The notes under the pieces were generated by a model. That model was not told the DNA's origin and did no database searches. It worked only from the letters and a program-made list of their open reading frames with translations. From contig DHMO01000042.1 of assembly GCA_002405835.1 (NCBI GenBank), forward strand, positions 16,036-80,035: a stretch of 64,000 nt of DNA, given 5' to 3'. Origin of the DNA: Lentisphaeria bacterium UBA4640. Its GTDB lineage: Bacteria; Verrucomicrobiota; Lentisphaeria; Victivallales; UBA1829. Positions 35,638 to 44,872 of this stretch are shown here, one piece after another. The stretch's first letter is position 1, and every line of letters starts with the position of its first letter. The position numbers were made by a program, and so were the translations under genes.

Positions 35638-36062
35638 GATTTGTCTCCGAATAAGTTCGTTGGTGCGGGAGCTGTTCCGGCGAGTCCGGACGGACGGGCG
35701 TTCAGTTCCGGAAGCAGTTCCACATCCAGATCAATATAATCTCCGGTCTGCGTGCCGGTCCGTGCGAGGGTCCCGGCGGGCAGTTCGATGGTGAGCACGG
35801 CTGCGCGGCAGCCTTCACAGAGCCGCCAGGGCGGAAAGGCTGTGCGCTGATGAACAATCCGGTTGTTGCCGGAAAGAAACAGAAGGTCGATGGGCTGCGA
35901 CATGAAGAGCGAATGAACGGCACTGCAGTGTTCAAAGACAAGGGCGTCGAAGTCGTCCGAGAAGCGGCGTCCGATCATGCCGCGCATCCGCGTGAAGAAG
36001 GCGCGCGCGCGGCGCGGTTCCTTCGCGAGAACAGTTTTGCGTGTGACATTGTGCAGAATCAT
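35634..36062 (-). CDS. DUF192 (COG1430) family protein
   Basis: 142 aa. RMRGMIGR...LVFEHCSAVHSLFMSQPIDLLFL...ELPAG matches the DUF192 pattern as I know it. It overlaps the downstream FHA gene by 4 nt. Confidence 0.7.
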   Translation of the reverse strand: MILHNVTRKTVLAKEPRRARAFFTRMRGMIGRRFSDDFDALVFEHCSAVHSLFMSQPIDLLFLSGNNRIVHQRTAFPPWRLCEGCRAAVLTIELPAGTLARTGTQTGDYIDLDVELLPELNARPSGLAGTAPAPTNLFGDKS

Positions 36063-36065
36063 AGG

Positions 36066-36950
36066 TCAGCGCATCGCTTTCATTGCCTGGAGAATTACGG
36101 GACCGAGCATCAGCAGGAAGACGGCGGGGAAGATGAAGAGAACGACCGGCATGAGGAGTTTTACCGGAGCTTCGCCGGCGAGTTTTTCCGCGAGGGCGAA
36201 ACGCTTGTTGCGGAGCTGATCGCTCTGAATGCGGAGGAGTCCGCCGATGCTGATACCGAGTTCATCCGCCTGGACGATGGCGTTCAGGACGGCGGAAAGT
36301 TCGGGCTGCTGGGTGCGCTGCGCCATGTCGCGGAGCGCGGTCTGGCGTTTTTTGCCGAGCTGAATTTCCTGAAGCGCGCGCATGAACTCTTCGCCGAGGG
36401 GGTCGACCGGGCGCCGCGCGAGGATGTCCTTGAGTGCGGAAAGAAAGTCTTTTCCGGCTTCGACGGAAAGTGTGAGCAGGTCGAGAAGGTTCGGGAGGGC
36501 GCGGAGAATCGAGAAATGGCGTTTGCTTACCATGTTGCGCAGCCAGGCACCGGGATAGATGTAGAACATGGCGAGGAGGACGAGTCCGTAAAGCAGTTTG
36601 CCCGCGGTTCCGCAGAGAATCATGACGATGACGCCGAGTCCGAGCAGCAGAATGCGCGCGGCGAGGAAACGTTCCGCGGAAAGCGTCTGGTCGTATCCCG
36701 CCATCATGAGCTGGTTTGAGGTCTTGCGGAGGGAGTCCTGAAAGAGCTGCGCGTGCATGAGCGGAAGAAGGTTGCCTGTCAGCGGAAGCACGATTTTGAT
36801 GAGAACCGGAACCGGCTTGCGGATTTCGAGCGGTTCGCCCGCGTTCTTGTCGAATTCAATGGAGGAGAGGGCGCCGATGATGAGACAGAGCACCGCGGTG
36901 CAGGAAATTCCGGCGCAGAGCGCGGCGGCGGTTGTCAGAAGCAGATCCAT
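36066..36950 (-). CDS. tadC: Tad/type II secretion system F-family platform protein (TadC-like)
   Basis: 294 aa. It has an N-terminal TM segment, a cytoplasmic T2SSF domain (LPNLLDLLTLSVEAGKDFLSAL), and two C-terminal TM segments. Confidence 0.8.
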   Translation of the reverse strand: MDLLLTTAAALCAGISCTAVLCLIIGALSSIEFDKNAGEPLEIRKPVPVLIKIVLPLTGNLLPLMHAQLFQDSLRKTSNQLMMAGYDQTLSAERFLAARILLLGLGVIVMILCGTAGKLLYGLVLLAMFYIYPGAWLRNMVSKRHFSILRALPNLLDLLTLSVEAGKDFLSALKDILARRPVDPLGEEFMRALQEIQLGKKRQTALRDMAQRTQQPELSAVLNAIVQADELGISIGGLLRIQSDQLRNKRFALAEKLAGEAPVKLLMPVVLFIFPAVFLLMLGPVILQAMKAMR

Positions 36951-36965
36951 GAGCCGTTGTCCTCC

Positions 36966-37856
36966 TTAAATGTCGATGTTGGTGATTTTGCGGATGACGA
37001 GAAAGCCGGTCACAACCAGTGCAATCGCGGCGAACAGCAGAAGAATTCCGAGCGGGGAATTCAGAAAAGCGTTGACCATGTCGGGAGCGATGTACGCCAT
37101 TGCGGCGAGGAGCAGGAACGGCATGGCGCCGATGATGATCGCCTGAAGCCTCCCCTGGGCGGTCAGCGCGGAAACTTTGCGGGTGATGCGGAGACGTTCC
37201 CGGATGACGTAGGCGAGACGTTCCAGAACGTTTGTCAGTTCGCCGCCTGTCTGACGCGCGGTGATGACGGCGATGGCGACCAGTTCAAAATCTTTGGAGC
37301 CGACGCGTTTGGACATTTTCGAGAAGGCTTCATCGAAGCTCACGCCGAGTCGCAGCTCCTGTGTCAGGAGATTGAATTCGAAGGAGATCGGGTGGCGGTT
37401 GGCTTTTGCGATTTCATCGAGCGCCTGCGGAAGGCTGAATCCCGCCTTGAGCGAGCCGCTGATGGAGAGAAGCGCATCTTCGAGCTGTTCATTGAATTTC
37501 GCGAGACGCTGGTTTTTGAGGAAACGCAGGTAGAAGCGCGGCGCAGGGAAGGCGACGATAAGCCCGACTGTCCCGAAAAGGAAAATTTTTGCAGCGGAGA
37601 GCGTTCCTGTGAAGGCGGCGAACGCGATTCCGAGGAATGCGCCGAGTCCGGCGAATGCGAGGCTCAGATAAAAAATTTTCTCCGGCGGCATCTGAAGCAG
37701 AATGTCGTCGTACTGCACGGAGGTTTCTTCGATGTACCGCTCCTTGTAGCGGTTGGAGGCTTCGGTGATGAAGTCGACAATGACAATGGTCGCGCAGGTG
37801 ACGGCGAGCGCGGAGCAGAGGCATGCGATCAGAGTCAGGTTGGTCAGCAGTTCCAT
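36966..37856 (-). CDS. tadB: Tad/type II secretion system F-family platform protein (TadB-like)
   Basis: 296 aa. It has a T2SSF domain (LEDALLSISGSLKAGFSLPQAL...ITARQTGGELT) flanked by TM segments. Confidence 0.8.
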   Translation of the reverse strand: MELLTNLTLIACLCSALAVTCATIVIVDFITEASNRYKERYIEETSVQYDDILLQMPPEKIFYLSLAFAGLGAFLGIAFAAFTGTLSAAKIFLFGTVGLIVAFPAPRFYLRFLKNQRLAKFNEQLEDALLSISGSLKAGFSLPQALDEIAKANRHPISFEFNLLTQELRLGVSFDEAFSKMSKRVGSKDFELVAIAVITARQTGGELTNVLERLAYVIRERLRITRKVSALTAQGRLQAIIIGAMPFLLLAAMAYIAPDMVNAFLNSPLGILLLFAAIALVVTGFLVIRKITNIDI

Positions 37857-39574
37857 CAGCGATCCTCTCCTTTCAGCATTCCTCGGGTGAAGATTTCGAG
37901 GTCGAGTTTGAGCCCGGCGCGCTTGATGTCCTCCATGAACGAAGGCAGATTGCCGGAGGGAACGTGGCGCCCTGTCATTTTGCCGTTGGCGTCCCAGCCG
38001 TCCTGATGATAGGTGAAGATATCCTGCATGGTGATCATATCGCCTTCCATGCGGGTGATTTCAGAGATGTTTGTGACTTTTCGCGTGCCGTCCTTTTCGC
38101 GGTTGATCTGAACGATGATTGCAATAGCGGAGGCGATCTGTTCGCGGATTGCGCGGAGCGGCAGGTCGAATCCCGCCATGAGGACGAGTGTTTCGAGACG
38201 CGAAAGAGCGTCGCGCGGAGTGTTCGCGTGGATGGTGGTGAGCGAGCCGTCGTGGCCGGTGTTCATTGCCTGAAGCATGTCGAGCGCTTCACCGCCGCGG
38301 CACTCGCCGATGACGATGCGGTCTGGACGCATTCGCAGGGAGTTGCGGACGAGGTCGCGGATATTGACTTCGCCCTTGCCTTCGATGTTTGCGGGACGCG
38401 ATTCGAGACGGACCACATGGTCCTGGCGCAGCTGGAGTTCCGCCGCGTCTTCAATGGTGATGATGCGTTCGGTATCGGGCAGGAACGAGCTCAGAATGTT
38501 GAGCAGCGTCGTTTTTCCGGAACCGGTTCCGCCGGAGATGATGATATTTTTGCGGAGTTTGACGCAGACGTTCAGGAAATCCGCCATTTCATAAGAGATG
38601 GAGCCGAAACGGACAAGGTCGTCGATCTGCAGCGGGTTCCGCGAGAATTTACGGATGGTGATTGTCGGCCCGACAAGCGAGAGCGGCGGGATGATTGCGT
38701 TTACACGGGAACCGTCCTGGAGACGCGCGTCGACCATCGGGGAGCTTTCATCGATGCGGCGTCCGAGGGGCGAGACGATGCGTTCGATTGCCGCGATGAC
38801 CTGGTGATTGTCGGCAAACGCCATATCGGTTTTATGCAGAACGCCTTTGGTTTCGACGTAGACGCTGTCGGGTCCGTTCACCATGATTTCGGAGATTTCC
38901 GGCATGGCGATGAGGTCTTCAAGCGGTCCGAGCCCGATGGCTTCATGAACGAGTTCGCGTTCAATCTTGTCGGTTGTCACGCCCGCGGGGAGGGTGACGG
39001 TGAGCTCGGAGATGATTTCATGAATGGTGTCTTTCGCCTTTTTCTCAAGATCTTCCTGCGCGGTTCCTGCGAGGACCATGCGTTTGAGGTTCAGGCGTTT
39101 GAGCAGTTCGATGTGTGCAAGACGTTTGATTTCCTGTACGAACGGGCGTGCGGCAAGCGGAATTCCGGAGACTGCGAGAATCGGAATTTCATGTTTGCCC
39201 TGATTGTTCAGCGGACGCGGCGCGGGTGTGTGCGGAGGTGGTGCGGGAACGGGTTTCGGCGGTTCCGGCTTCTGCGCTTCGCGGTCTTCTGTGCCGAGTG
39301 CGAGGATTTCCGCTTCGCCGATGCGGACGCGGCTGCCGGGGCGGATGTGAACGGTCGTGTCATGAAACGCTTCGCCGTCGACTTCAATTCCTCCGCCGAG
39401 ATCGGCGATTTTGAGGTCGGTATCGGTTGCGATGAACTGGCAGTGACGCGGAACCACGCCCGGCGCATTGAGCGTCAGGTGGCTTGCGGGGCTTGAACCG
39501 ACCCGGTAGGTTCCCGGAACGAGGCGGGCTTTGATTTCGTCGCGCCCGGGAATTCTGATCAGGATTTCATACAT
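37856..39574 (-). CDS. cpaF: CpaF/TadA-family secretion ATPase with an N-terminal FHA-like domain and a Pro-rich linker
   Basis: 572 aa.
- aa 1-95 form an FHA-like beta-sandwich pattern: YRVGSS..SHLTL....VPRHCQF......[14 protein letters not shown]...[17 protein letters not shown].
- aa 96-125 are [19 protein letters not shown].
- The ATPase core has Walker [13 protein letters not shown] (nt about 38510-38533), [10 protein letters not shown] and the His box [12 protein letters not shown]. Confidence 0.9.
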   Translation of the reverse strand: MYEILIRIPGRDEIKARLVPGTYRVGSSPASHLTLNAPGVVPRHCQFIATDTDLKIADLGGGIEVDGEAFHDTTVHIRPGSRVRIGEAEILALGTEDREAQKPEPPKPVPAPPPHTPAPRPLNNQGKHEIPILAVSGIPLAARPFVQEIKRLAHIELLKRLNLKRMVLAGTAQEDLEKKAKDTIHEIISELTVTLPAGVTTDKIERELVHEAIGLGPLEDLIAMPEISEIMVNGPDSVYVETKGVLHKTDMAFADNHQVIAAIERIVSPLGRRIDESSPMVDARLQDGSRVNAIIPPLSLVGPTITIRKFSRNPLQIDDLVRFGSISYEMADFLNVCVKLRKNIIISGGTGSGKTTLLNILSSFLPDTERIITIEDAAELQLRQDHVVRLESRPANIEGKGEVNIRDLVRNSLRMRPDRIVIGECRGGEALDMLQAMNTGHDGSLTTIHANTPRDALSRLETLVLMAGFDLPLRAIREQIASAIAIIVQINREKDGTRKVTNISEITRMEGDMITMQDIFTYHQDGWDANGKMTGRHVPSGNLPSFMEDIKRAGLKLDLEIFTRGMLKGEDR

Positions 39575-39577
39575 GAA

Positions 39578-40372
39578 TCAGTACCTCAGACGCGTGTTTT
39601 TCTGTTCCCGTTCCTTCATATAGCGGTTGACGTTCTGCTGGAGGTATTTCCAGTTGACGCTCTGCAGGTCGGTGGCGACGGCGGCGTCTTCATAGTTGCG
39701 CAGGCTCATCTGAATGCGTCCCTTCTGGGAAGCGAAGATGATCATTTCAACCTCTTTGGGGGAGAGTTCGAGAGTAACGGTCGAATATCCGCGGGCGATG
39801 CGTTTGCCTTCCTGCACGCCGTAATCGGTTCCGGTTGCGATGACGCGCACTTTCTGAAGGATGGTGAGCGTGATGGTGTCGAGCGTGGAGTCGCCGCGCA
39901 TGTCGGGGAACTTGAAGGTTCCGATGAGATCGACGTAGTTGTTCGGCTGGACGAGTCCGGAAACGGATGCGGTCTGGTCGACGGCGATGGAGACTGCGCG
40001 GTATCCGGGCTGAATGAGGCGGGTGAGTCCCTCTTTGCCGCCTGAGACGGCGTTCTGCAGGTCATTCCACTGCAGGATTTTTCCGCGCTGGATGGAGAGC
40101 TGCGCTTTGCGGTTGATGATGAGGCTCTTCTGGCTGTATGGAATATGACGGCTGGAGGAGAGCTGCGAGGCGTACATTTTGATTTTTGCGCCGCGGATGG
40201 CGTCTTCGGTGATCGGTTCGTTTTCTGCGATGTCTTTCACGAGCTGAATGACGGCGACTTCGGTGGTTGCCGCCTGGATTTTTTTCTTTTCCTGGTTGAT
40301 CTGCTGGAATGTGAGCATGAAAGCCATCACTCCGAAAAACACTGCCGCCAAAAGTAAAAGTTTCTGCTTCAT
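39578..40372 (-). CDS. cpaB: CpaB/RcpC-family Flp pilus assembly protein
   Basis: I trimmed the track ORF 39578..40435 to the ATG at 40372 (MKQKLLLLAAVFFGVMAFML...). It has an N-terminal TM anchor, a SAF-like region, and an RcpC-like core (GYRAVSIAVDQTASVSGLVQPNNYVDLI). Confidence 0.8.
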   Translation of the reverse strand: MKQKLLLLAAVFFGVMAFMLTFQQINQEKKKIQAATTEVAVIQLVKDIAENEPITEDAIRGAKIKMYASQLSSSRHIPYSQKSLIINRKAQLSIQRGKILQWNDLQNAVSGGKEGLTRLIQPGYRAVSIAVDQTASVSGLVQPNNYVDLIGTFKFPDMRGDSTLDTITLTILQKVRVIATGTDYGVQEGKRIARGYSTVTLELSPKEVEMIIFASQKGRIQMSLRNYEDAAVATDLQSVNWKYLQQNVNRYMKEREQKNTRLRY

Positions 40373-40407
40373 CGTCAAATCCCTGTTAGAAGTTAGTCTC
40401 AGGGGAG

Positions 40408-40435
40408 AATATAATTGAACAAAAGCAAAAATCAA
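40408..40435 (-). promoter_or_regulatory. Candidate sigma70 promoter of the Tad-like operon
   Basis: Minus-strand TTGATT (40435-40430), a 16-nt spacer, then TATATT (40413-40408). It sits between the fldA terminator and the cpaB start. Confidence 0.35.
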
Positions 40436-40465
40436 GGCGGGAAAAATTGTTTTTATGAGAGGAAT

Positions 40466-40504
40466 ATAAAAAATCTCCCGGAAATTGCAGATTTTCCGGG
40501 AGAT
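40466..40504 (-). terminator. Rho-independent terminator of the DUF3793-fldA operon
   Basis: On the minus strand, a 12-bp stem (atctcccggaaa / tttccgggagat) is followed by TTTTTTAT. It lies 28 nt after the fldA stop. Confidence 0.6.
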
Positions 40505-40531
40505 GATGCGGCGGGAAGTCCGGCGGTTGTG

Positions 40532-41026
40532 TTATTTCATTTCTGCGCGGAGCTGATCGCACCACTTTGCGATGCGGTCGGCGGTCTTGTCCGGCTCGTT
40601 CGTGTCGTCGAGTGCGAGCCCGCAGAAGAAACCGTCCTGATCCGCCGTTGACGCTGTATGCGTGTAGCCTGCGGAGGAGGTTTTGCCGATGAGCGCTGCT
40701 CCGCGTTCTTCCAGTTTGTCGGCGAGGGTGCGCATGGAATCGACGTAGGAGTCGGCGAATCCGCACTGGTCGCCCATGGCGAAGACGGCGGCTTTTTTGC
40801 CTTTGAGGTCGATGCCGTCCAGCATCTGAACTCCGGCGAACCAGTCGTCCTGCAGGTCTCCGACGCCCCAGGTGGAAGTTCCGAGGATAAGCAGATCCGC
40901 CTGGAAATCGGCAGGGGCTGCGTTTGCGACATTAATCGCCGTTGTTCCGAAGTTTGCCGCGATGATGTTCGCGGCGGCTTCCGTGCATCCGGTTGTGCTT
41001 CCGAAGATTACTTTTACGTCAGACAT
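40532..41026 (-). CDS. fldA: Long-chain flavodoxin
   Basis: 164 aa. Segments: KVIFGSTTGCTE (FMN phosphate loop) and LGTSTWGVGDLQDDW. Confidence 0.9.
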   Translation of the reverse strand: MSDVKVIFGSTTGCTEAAANIIAANFGTTAINVANAAPADFQADLLILGTSTWGVGDLQDDWFAGVQMLDGIDLKGKKAAVFAMGDQCGFADSYVDSMRTLADKLEERGAALIGKTSSAGYTHTASTADQDGFFCGLALDDTNEPDKTADRIAKWCDQLRAEMK

Positions 41027-41639
41027 AACTGACCTCCTTCATATTGATTTCCGAGGTTATTTTTTCAAGACATACTCCGATGTCCTGATAGGTTTCGAGA
41101 ATTTTTTCCGCGAGGCTTTCGACGGAGCTGTAGAGTTTCATTCTGCGGAGCGACTCCGCCGGGTCGCCGAACACCTGCCAGATTCCGTGCGGAACCGGCG
41201 TCCGTTTTTCTTTGCGCAGATAGCCGATGACGTCTTTCGGCGGATATCCGAGGAAGAATCCGATTTCATGCGGCAGATTTTCTTCGTCAAACCGCTTCTG
41301 CAGAAATTTCAAAGCCGCGGCGACGGAGAGTTCTTCCGGATAGCCGAGCCGTGCGAGTTCCTCCCGGATGACCGGATTGCGGAGAGTCTCCTGCAGCAGT
41401 TCCGGCTGATAGAACAGAAGTAGCGAACTTTCCGCATCTTTGCGGAGAAAACGGCATGGAAGACGGAGTGTCGCGAGGATTTCCGCCTGATGAATGCAGA
41501 AACTCTGTTCGGGTTTGCTCCGGTAGCATTTTCTGACCCGCAGGAATTCCGCCGGTTTGACGCCGCTCCGCACAGGGGCGGTTTTAATCAGAAGAAACTT
41601 CATCAGCTCCTTCCGGTGTTCGCACTGTTCGCCGCTCAT
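41019..41639 (-). CDS. DUF3793-like protein
   Basis: 206 aa. The SGVKPAEFL and LPHEIGFFLGYPPKDVIGYL segments match my recollection of DUF3793. It overlaps fldA by 8 nt. Confidence 0.55.
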   Translation of the reverse strand: MSGEQCEHRKELMKFLLIKTAPVRSGVKPAEFLRVRKCYRSKPEQSFCIHQAEILATLRLPCRFLRKDAESSLLLFYQPELLQETLRNPVIREELARLGYPEELSVAAALKFLQKRFDEENLPHEIGFFLGYPPKDVIGYLRKEKRTPVPHGIWQVFGDPAESLRRMKLYSSVESLAEKILETYQDIGVCLEKITSEINMKEVSYV

Positions 41640-41896
41640 GTCTCCTCTTTCTGTTTTATGTAATTAGTTTTAGCTAACTCCTTGTTTCTGAAAAGCTATT
41701 CTCCTTTAAAATGAATTGAATGGAGTTGCTTTTCTTGCGGAATAAGGAAATATATCCTCTGTTTCAGAAAATTCAAATTAGAAACATCTAATTTTTTGAA
41801 AAAAGAAAAAGTCCGATTTCTGGAGATTTTCTGCAAACCTTATTGGAATAAAGCGGAATCGGGTTGTATATTATCAGCTGTATTTAAAAAGAGAGG

Positions 41897-42247
41897 ATGC
41901 AGAGAGCGCGGCGTATGAAATTTCTGATTTCGTTTTTGCTGTTTTTTACCGGAATCGTGCTGGGGCTGGCTGCGGCGGGAGCCGGGCTGGTGCTGGCGGT
42001 ATCCGGAGCGGCGCAAGGCTGGCGCGCGGCGGGAATCTCGCCCGGCTTCTGGGGGTACATGATGCTTTCCGCCGCGAACGCGATGATGTCGGTCGGGATC
42101 ATTCTTTCGCTGGTTTCGGCGGGGAGCTCGGCGTGTCTCTGTCTCCTGAGTTTTATATTTAAAAGCTGGAGCCGTGCGGTTGTCGCCGGGGCGATGTGCG
42201 CCGGGTCGGTCTGCGTGTGGCTCTATTTACTGGAGTGCAAATTATGA
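41897..42247 (+). CDS. Small hydrophobic membrane protein, hypothetical
   Basis: 116 aa with 3-4 hydrophobic segments. Its stop overlaps the ispF ATG (ATGA). The start is uncertain; an internal MKFLISF is possible. Confidence 0.4.
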   Translation: MQRARRMKFLISFLLFFTGIVLGLAAAGAGLVLAVSGAAQGWRAAGISPGFWGYMMLSAANAMMSVGIILSLVSAGSSACLCLLSFIFKSWSRAVVAGAMCAGSVCVWLYLLECKL

Positions 42248-42726
42248 ACCATTTCCGGATTGGGAGCGGATACGATGCGCACCGTTTCGCGGAGGGGCGT
42301 CCGCTTATACTCTGCGGGGTGACGATTCCGTATGACCGCGGGCTTGCGGGGCACAGCGACGCCGACGCCGCCGCCCATGCGCTGACCGACGCACTGCTCG
42401 GCGCGCTTGCGCTGGGAGATATCGGCAAGATGTTTCCCGATACAGACGAACGTTTCCGCGGGGCGGACAGCATTGTTCTGCTGAAGCAGGCATTCTCGCG
42501 TCCCGAATTCGCGGAATGGAGCATTTCCAACATCGACATTACGATCGTTGCACAGCGTCCGAAGATTTCCCCGTTTACCGCCGCGATGCGGGAACGGATT
42601 GCGGAGGCGCTCGGCATTGCGGTCGATCAGGTTTCCATCAAAGGCAAAACAACGGAGGGCATGGGCTTCTGCGGACGCGGCGAAGGCGTCGAAACTTACG
42701 CAACAGTCCTGCTCGAAAGAAAGTGA
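42244..42726 (+). CDS. ispF: 2-C-methyl-D-erythritol 2,4-cyclodiphosphate synthase
   Basis: I trimmed the track ORF to the ATG at 42244 ([15 protein letters not shown]...). Supporting segments are [19 protein letters not shown] and [10 protein letters not shown]. Confidence 0.95.
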   Translation: MNHFRIGSGYDAHRFAEGRPLILCGVTIPYDRGLAGHSDADAAAHALTDALLGALALGDIGKMFPDTDERFRGADSIVLLKQAFSRPEFAEWSISNIDITIVAQRPKISPFTAAMRERIAEALGIAVDQVSIKGKTTEGMGFCGRGEGVETYATVLLERK

Positions 42727-42733
42727 GATTGAT

Positions 42734-43279
42734 ATGATTGAAAATGAAATCCGCCAGATACTTCTCGACCTCGGCGAAGATCCGGAACGCGAAGGCCTGC
42801 TCAAGACTCCGGAGCGCGTCCGCAAAAGCCTTCAGTTTCTGACGCGCGGCTACAAGCAGAACATCGACGAAGTGATCAACGGCGCAATCTTCAACGAGGA
42901 CTGCGACGACATGATCATTGTCCGCGACATTGAGTTTTACAGCATGTGCGAACACCATATGCTTCCGTTCTTCGGCAAAGTGCATCTCGGCTACGTTCCG
43001 CGCGGCAAAGTCTTCGGCGTCAGCAAACTGGCGCGTCTGGTGGACGTTTTCGCCCGCCGCCTCCAGATTCAGGAGCGCATGACACGGCAGATTGCGGCGC
43101 AGATCATGGAGAGCATCATGCCGGAAGGCGTGGGTGTTGTGGTGGAAGCGCAGCATCTCTGCATGCTCATGCGCGGAGTGGAAAAACAGAATTCCGTCAT
43201 GAAAACCTCCTGCATGCTCGGCAGTTTCCGCCGCGAGGAGGCAACACGCCTTGAATTCCTCAATCTGATCAAGGGGTGA
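42734..43279 (+). CDS. folE: GTP cyclohydrolase I
   Basis: I trimmed the track ORF to the ATG at 42734 ([29 protein letters not shown]...). Supporting segments are [13 protein letters not shown] and [13 protein letters not shown]. Confidence 0.95.
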   Translation: MIENEIRQILLDLGEDPEREGLLKTPERVRKSLQFLTRGYKQNIDEVINGAIFNEDCDDMIIVRDIEFYSMCEHHMLPFFGKVHLGYVPRGKVFGVSKLARLVDVFARRLQIQERMTRQIAAQIMESIMPEGVGVVVEAQHLCMLMRGVEKQNSVMKTSCMLGSFRREEATRLEFLNLIKG

Positions 43280-43282
43280 GCT

Positions 43283-43729
43283 ATGCGGCTTCTGATTCAG
43301 CGCGCCGCAAAAGGCTCGGTTTCGATTGACGGCGAAGTGGTCGGACAGACCGGAAAAGGTCTCGTCGTTCTGGTCGGCGTTACGCACACGGATACCGCTG
43401 AGGACGCCGAATACCTGGCGAACAAATGCGTCAATCTGCGCATTTTCACCGATGAGAACGACAAGATGAATCATTCTCTTCTGGACATCAAGGGCGGAAT
43501 GCTTGCGATTTCCCAGTTCACGCTTTACGGGGACTGTGTGAAGGGGCGCCGTCCCGGTTTTGATCTGGCGGCGCGTCCGGAGATCGCGGAACCGCTCTAT
43601 GAGAAGTTCGTGGAACTTGTGCGCAATTTCGGCGTGCATGTCGAGACCGGACGTTTCGGCGCGGATATGATGGTGGAGATTCACAACGACGGTCCCGTGA
43701 CCTTCATGCTGGAGAGCCGCCCGAAATGA
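43283..43729 (+). CDS. dtd: D-aminoacyl-tRNA deacylase
   Basis: 148 aa. Segments: [20 protein letters not shown] and GRRP.F. Confidence 0.95.
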   Translation: MRLLIQRAAKGSVSIDGEVVGQTGKGLVVLVGVTHTDTAEDAEYLANKCVNLRIFTDENDKMNHSLLDIKGGMLAISQFTLYGDCVKGRRPGFDLAARPEIAEPLYEKFVELVRNFGVHVETGRFGADMMVEIHNDGPVTFMLESRPK

Positions 43730-44859
43730 GACGTGTCGTCATTCTGGGTTCAACCGGTTCAGTCGGCGAGAGCGCGGTGCGTGTCGCCGCCGCCCTGCGC
43801 GACCGCATCCATGTGATCGGCGTGGTCGGGAACCGCAATGTGAAACGTCTGGCGGAACAGGCCGCACTGCTCGACTGCGAGTTCGCCGCGACCGGTTCTC
43901 CGGAGCGTCTCGGTGAACTGGCATCTGCGCTTCCCCCGCCGTGCCGCGCGTATGCGGGGACGGAGGCTGTTGCGGAACTGGTTCAGGCGGAGAATGTGGA
44001 TATGATTCTCTGCGCGATTGTCGGAACCGCCGGGTTCCCGCTGGTGCTTTCGGCAATTGACGCGGGCAAGGAGATCGCGCTGGCAAGCAAAGAGGTGCTC
44101 GTCATGGCGGGACGGCTCGTCATGGACCGCGTCCGCGAAAAAAATATCCGTCTGATTCCGGTCGACAGCGAACACAGCGCGATTTTCCAGTGTCTTCAAG
44201 GACACGGCAATGTCCGCAATGTCGTTTTGACGGCGAGCGGCGGACCGTTCCGCAAATCGTCGAAGGAGGAGCTGGCGCGCGTGACCTGCGCCGACGCCCT
44301 GAAGCATCCGACCTGGAGCATGGGACCGAAAGTGACCATTGATTCGGCGTCGCTGATGAACAAGGCTCTGGAAATGGTTGAGGCGCATCATCTTTTCCAT
44401 GTCGGGGCGGACCGGATCAAGGTGCTTGTTCATCCGCAGTCGATCGTGCATTCGATGGCGGAGTTCGAGGACGGAGCGTTTCTTGCGCACATGAGTGTGC
44501 CGGATATGCGTTTCCCGATTCAGTACGCGTTCACCTGGCCGGAGCGCTGCGACGGCGGACTGAAGCGTCTGGATCTGACCGCGCTTTCCGGGCTGACGTT
44601 CGAGAAGCCGGATATGGACCGTTTCCCGTCGCTGGGCTACGGTTACGAGGCGATCCGCATGGGCGGAACCGCCGGATCCGTGATGAACGCTGCAAATGAG
44701 GTCGCCGTTGAGCGTTTTGCAAAAGGCGAAATCGGTTTTACAGATGTTTTCCGTATTGTGGAACGGACCATGGAGCGTTTCGCCCGCGGCGGCGACGCCG
44801 GAATGGATGAAATTCTGGATGCGGATCATAATGCGCGCGCATTTGCGCGTCAAATCTAA
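43726..44859 (+). CDS. dxr: 1-deoxy-D-xylulose 5-phosphate reductoisomerase
   Basis: 377 aa. Segments: [38 protein letters not shown] and HPQSIVHSM. Confidence 0.95.
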   Translation: MRRVVILGSTGSVGESAVRVAAALRDRIHVIGVVGNRNVKRLAEQAALLDCEFAATGSPERLGELASALPPPCRAYAGTEAVAELVQAENVDMILCAIVGTAGFPLVLSAIDAGKEIALASKEVLVMAGRLVMDRVREKNIRLIPVDSEHSAIFQCLQGHGNVRNVVLTASGGPFRKSSKEELARVTCADALKHPTWSMGPKVTIDSASLMNKALEMVEAHHLFHVGADRIKVLVHPQSIVHSMAEFEDGAFLAHMSVPDMRFPIQYAFTWPERCDGGLKRLDLTALSGLTFEKPDMDRFPSLGYGYEAIRMGGTAGSVMNAANEVAVERFAKGEIGFTDVFRIVERTMERFARGGDAGMDEILDADHNARAFARQI

Positions 44860-44872
44860 AAAGGAGTTTTGA

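Noticed and set aside
34084-39496. Plus-strand ORFs 34084..35739 (551 aa), 35850..36719, 36753..38006 (417 aa) and 37823..39496 (557 aa) inside the Tad-like locus.
   Set aside because: All are antisense to genes with clear FHA, T2SSF or CpaF signatures. They are Gly/Asp/Arg/Phe-rich with no motifs.
40373-40766. Candidate Flp pilin upstream of cpaB (track ORFs 40415..40651 + and 40386..40766 -).
   Set aside because: Both overlap the flavodoxin gene or its terminator. They are Arg-rich and lack a hydrophobic pilin core or a G/XXXXEY-type processing motif. The true intergenic space holds only a terminator and a promoter.
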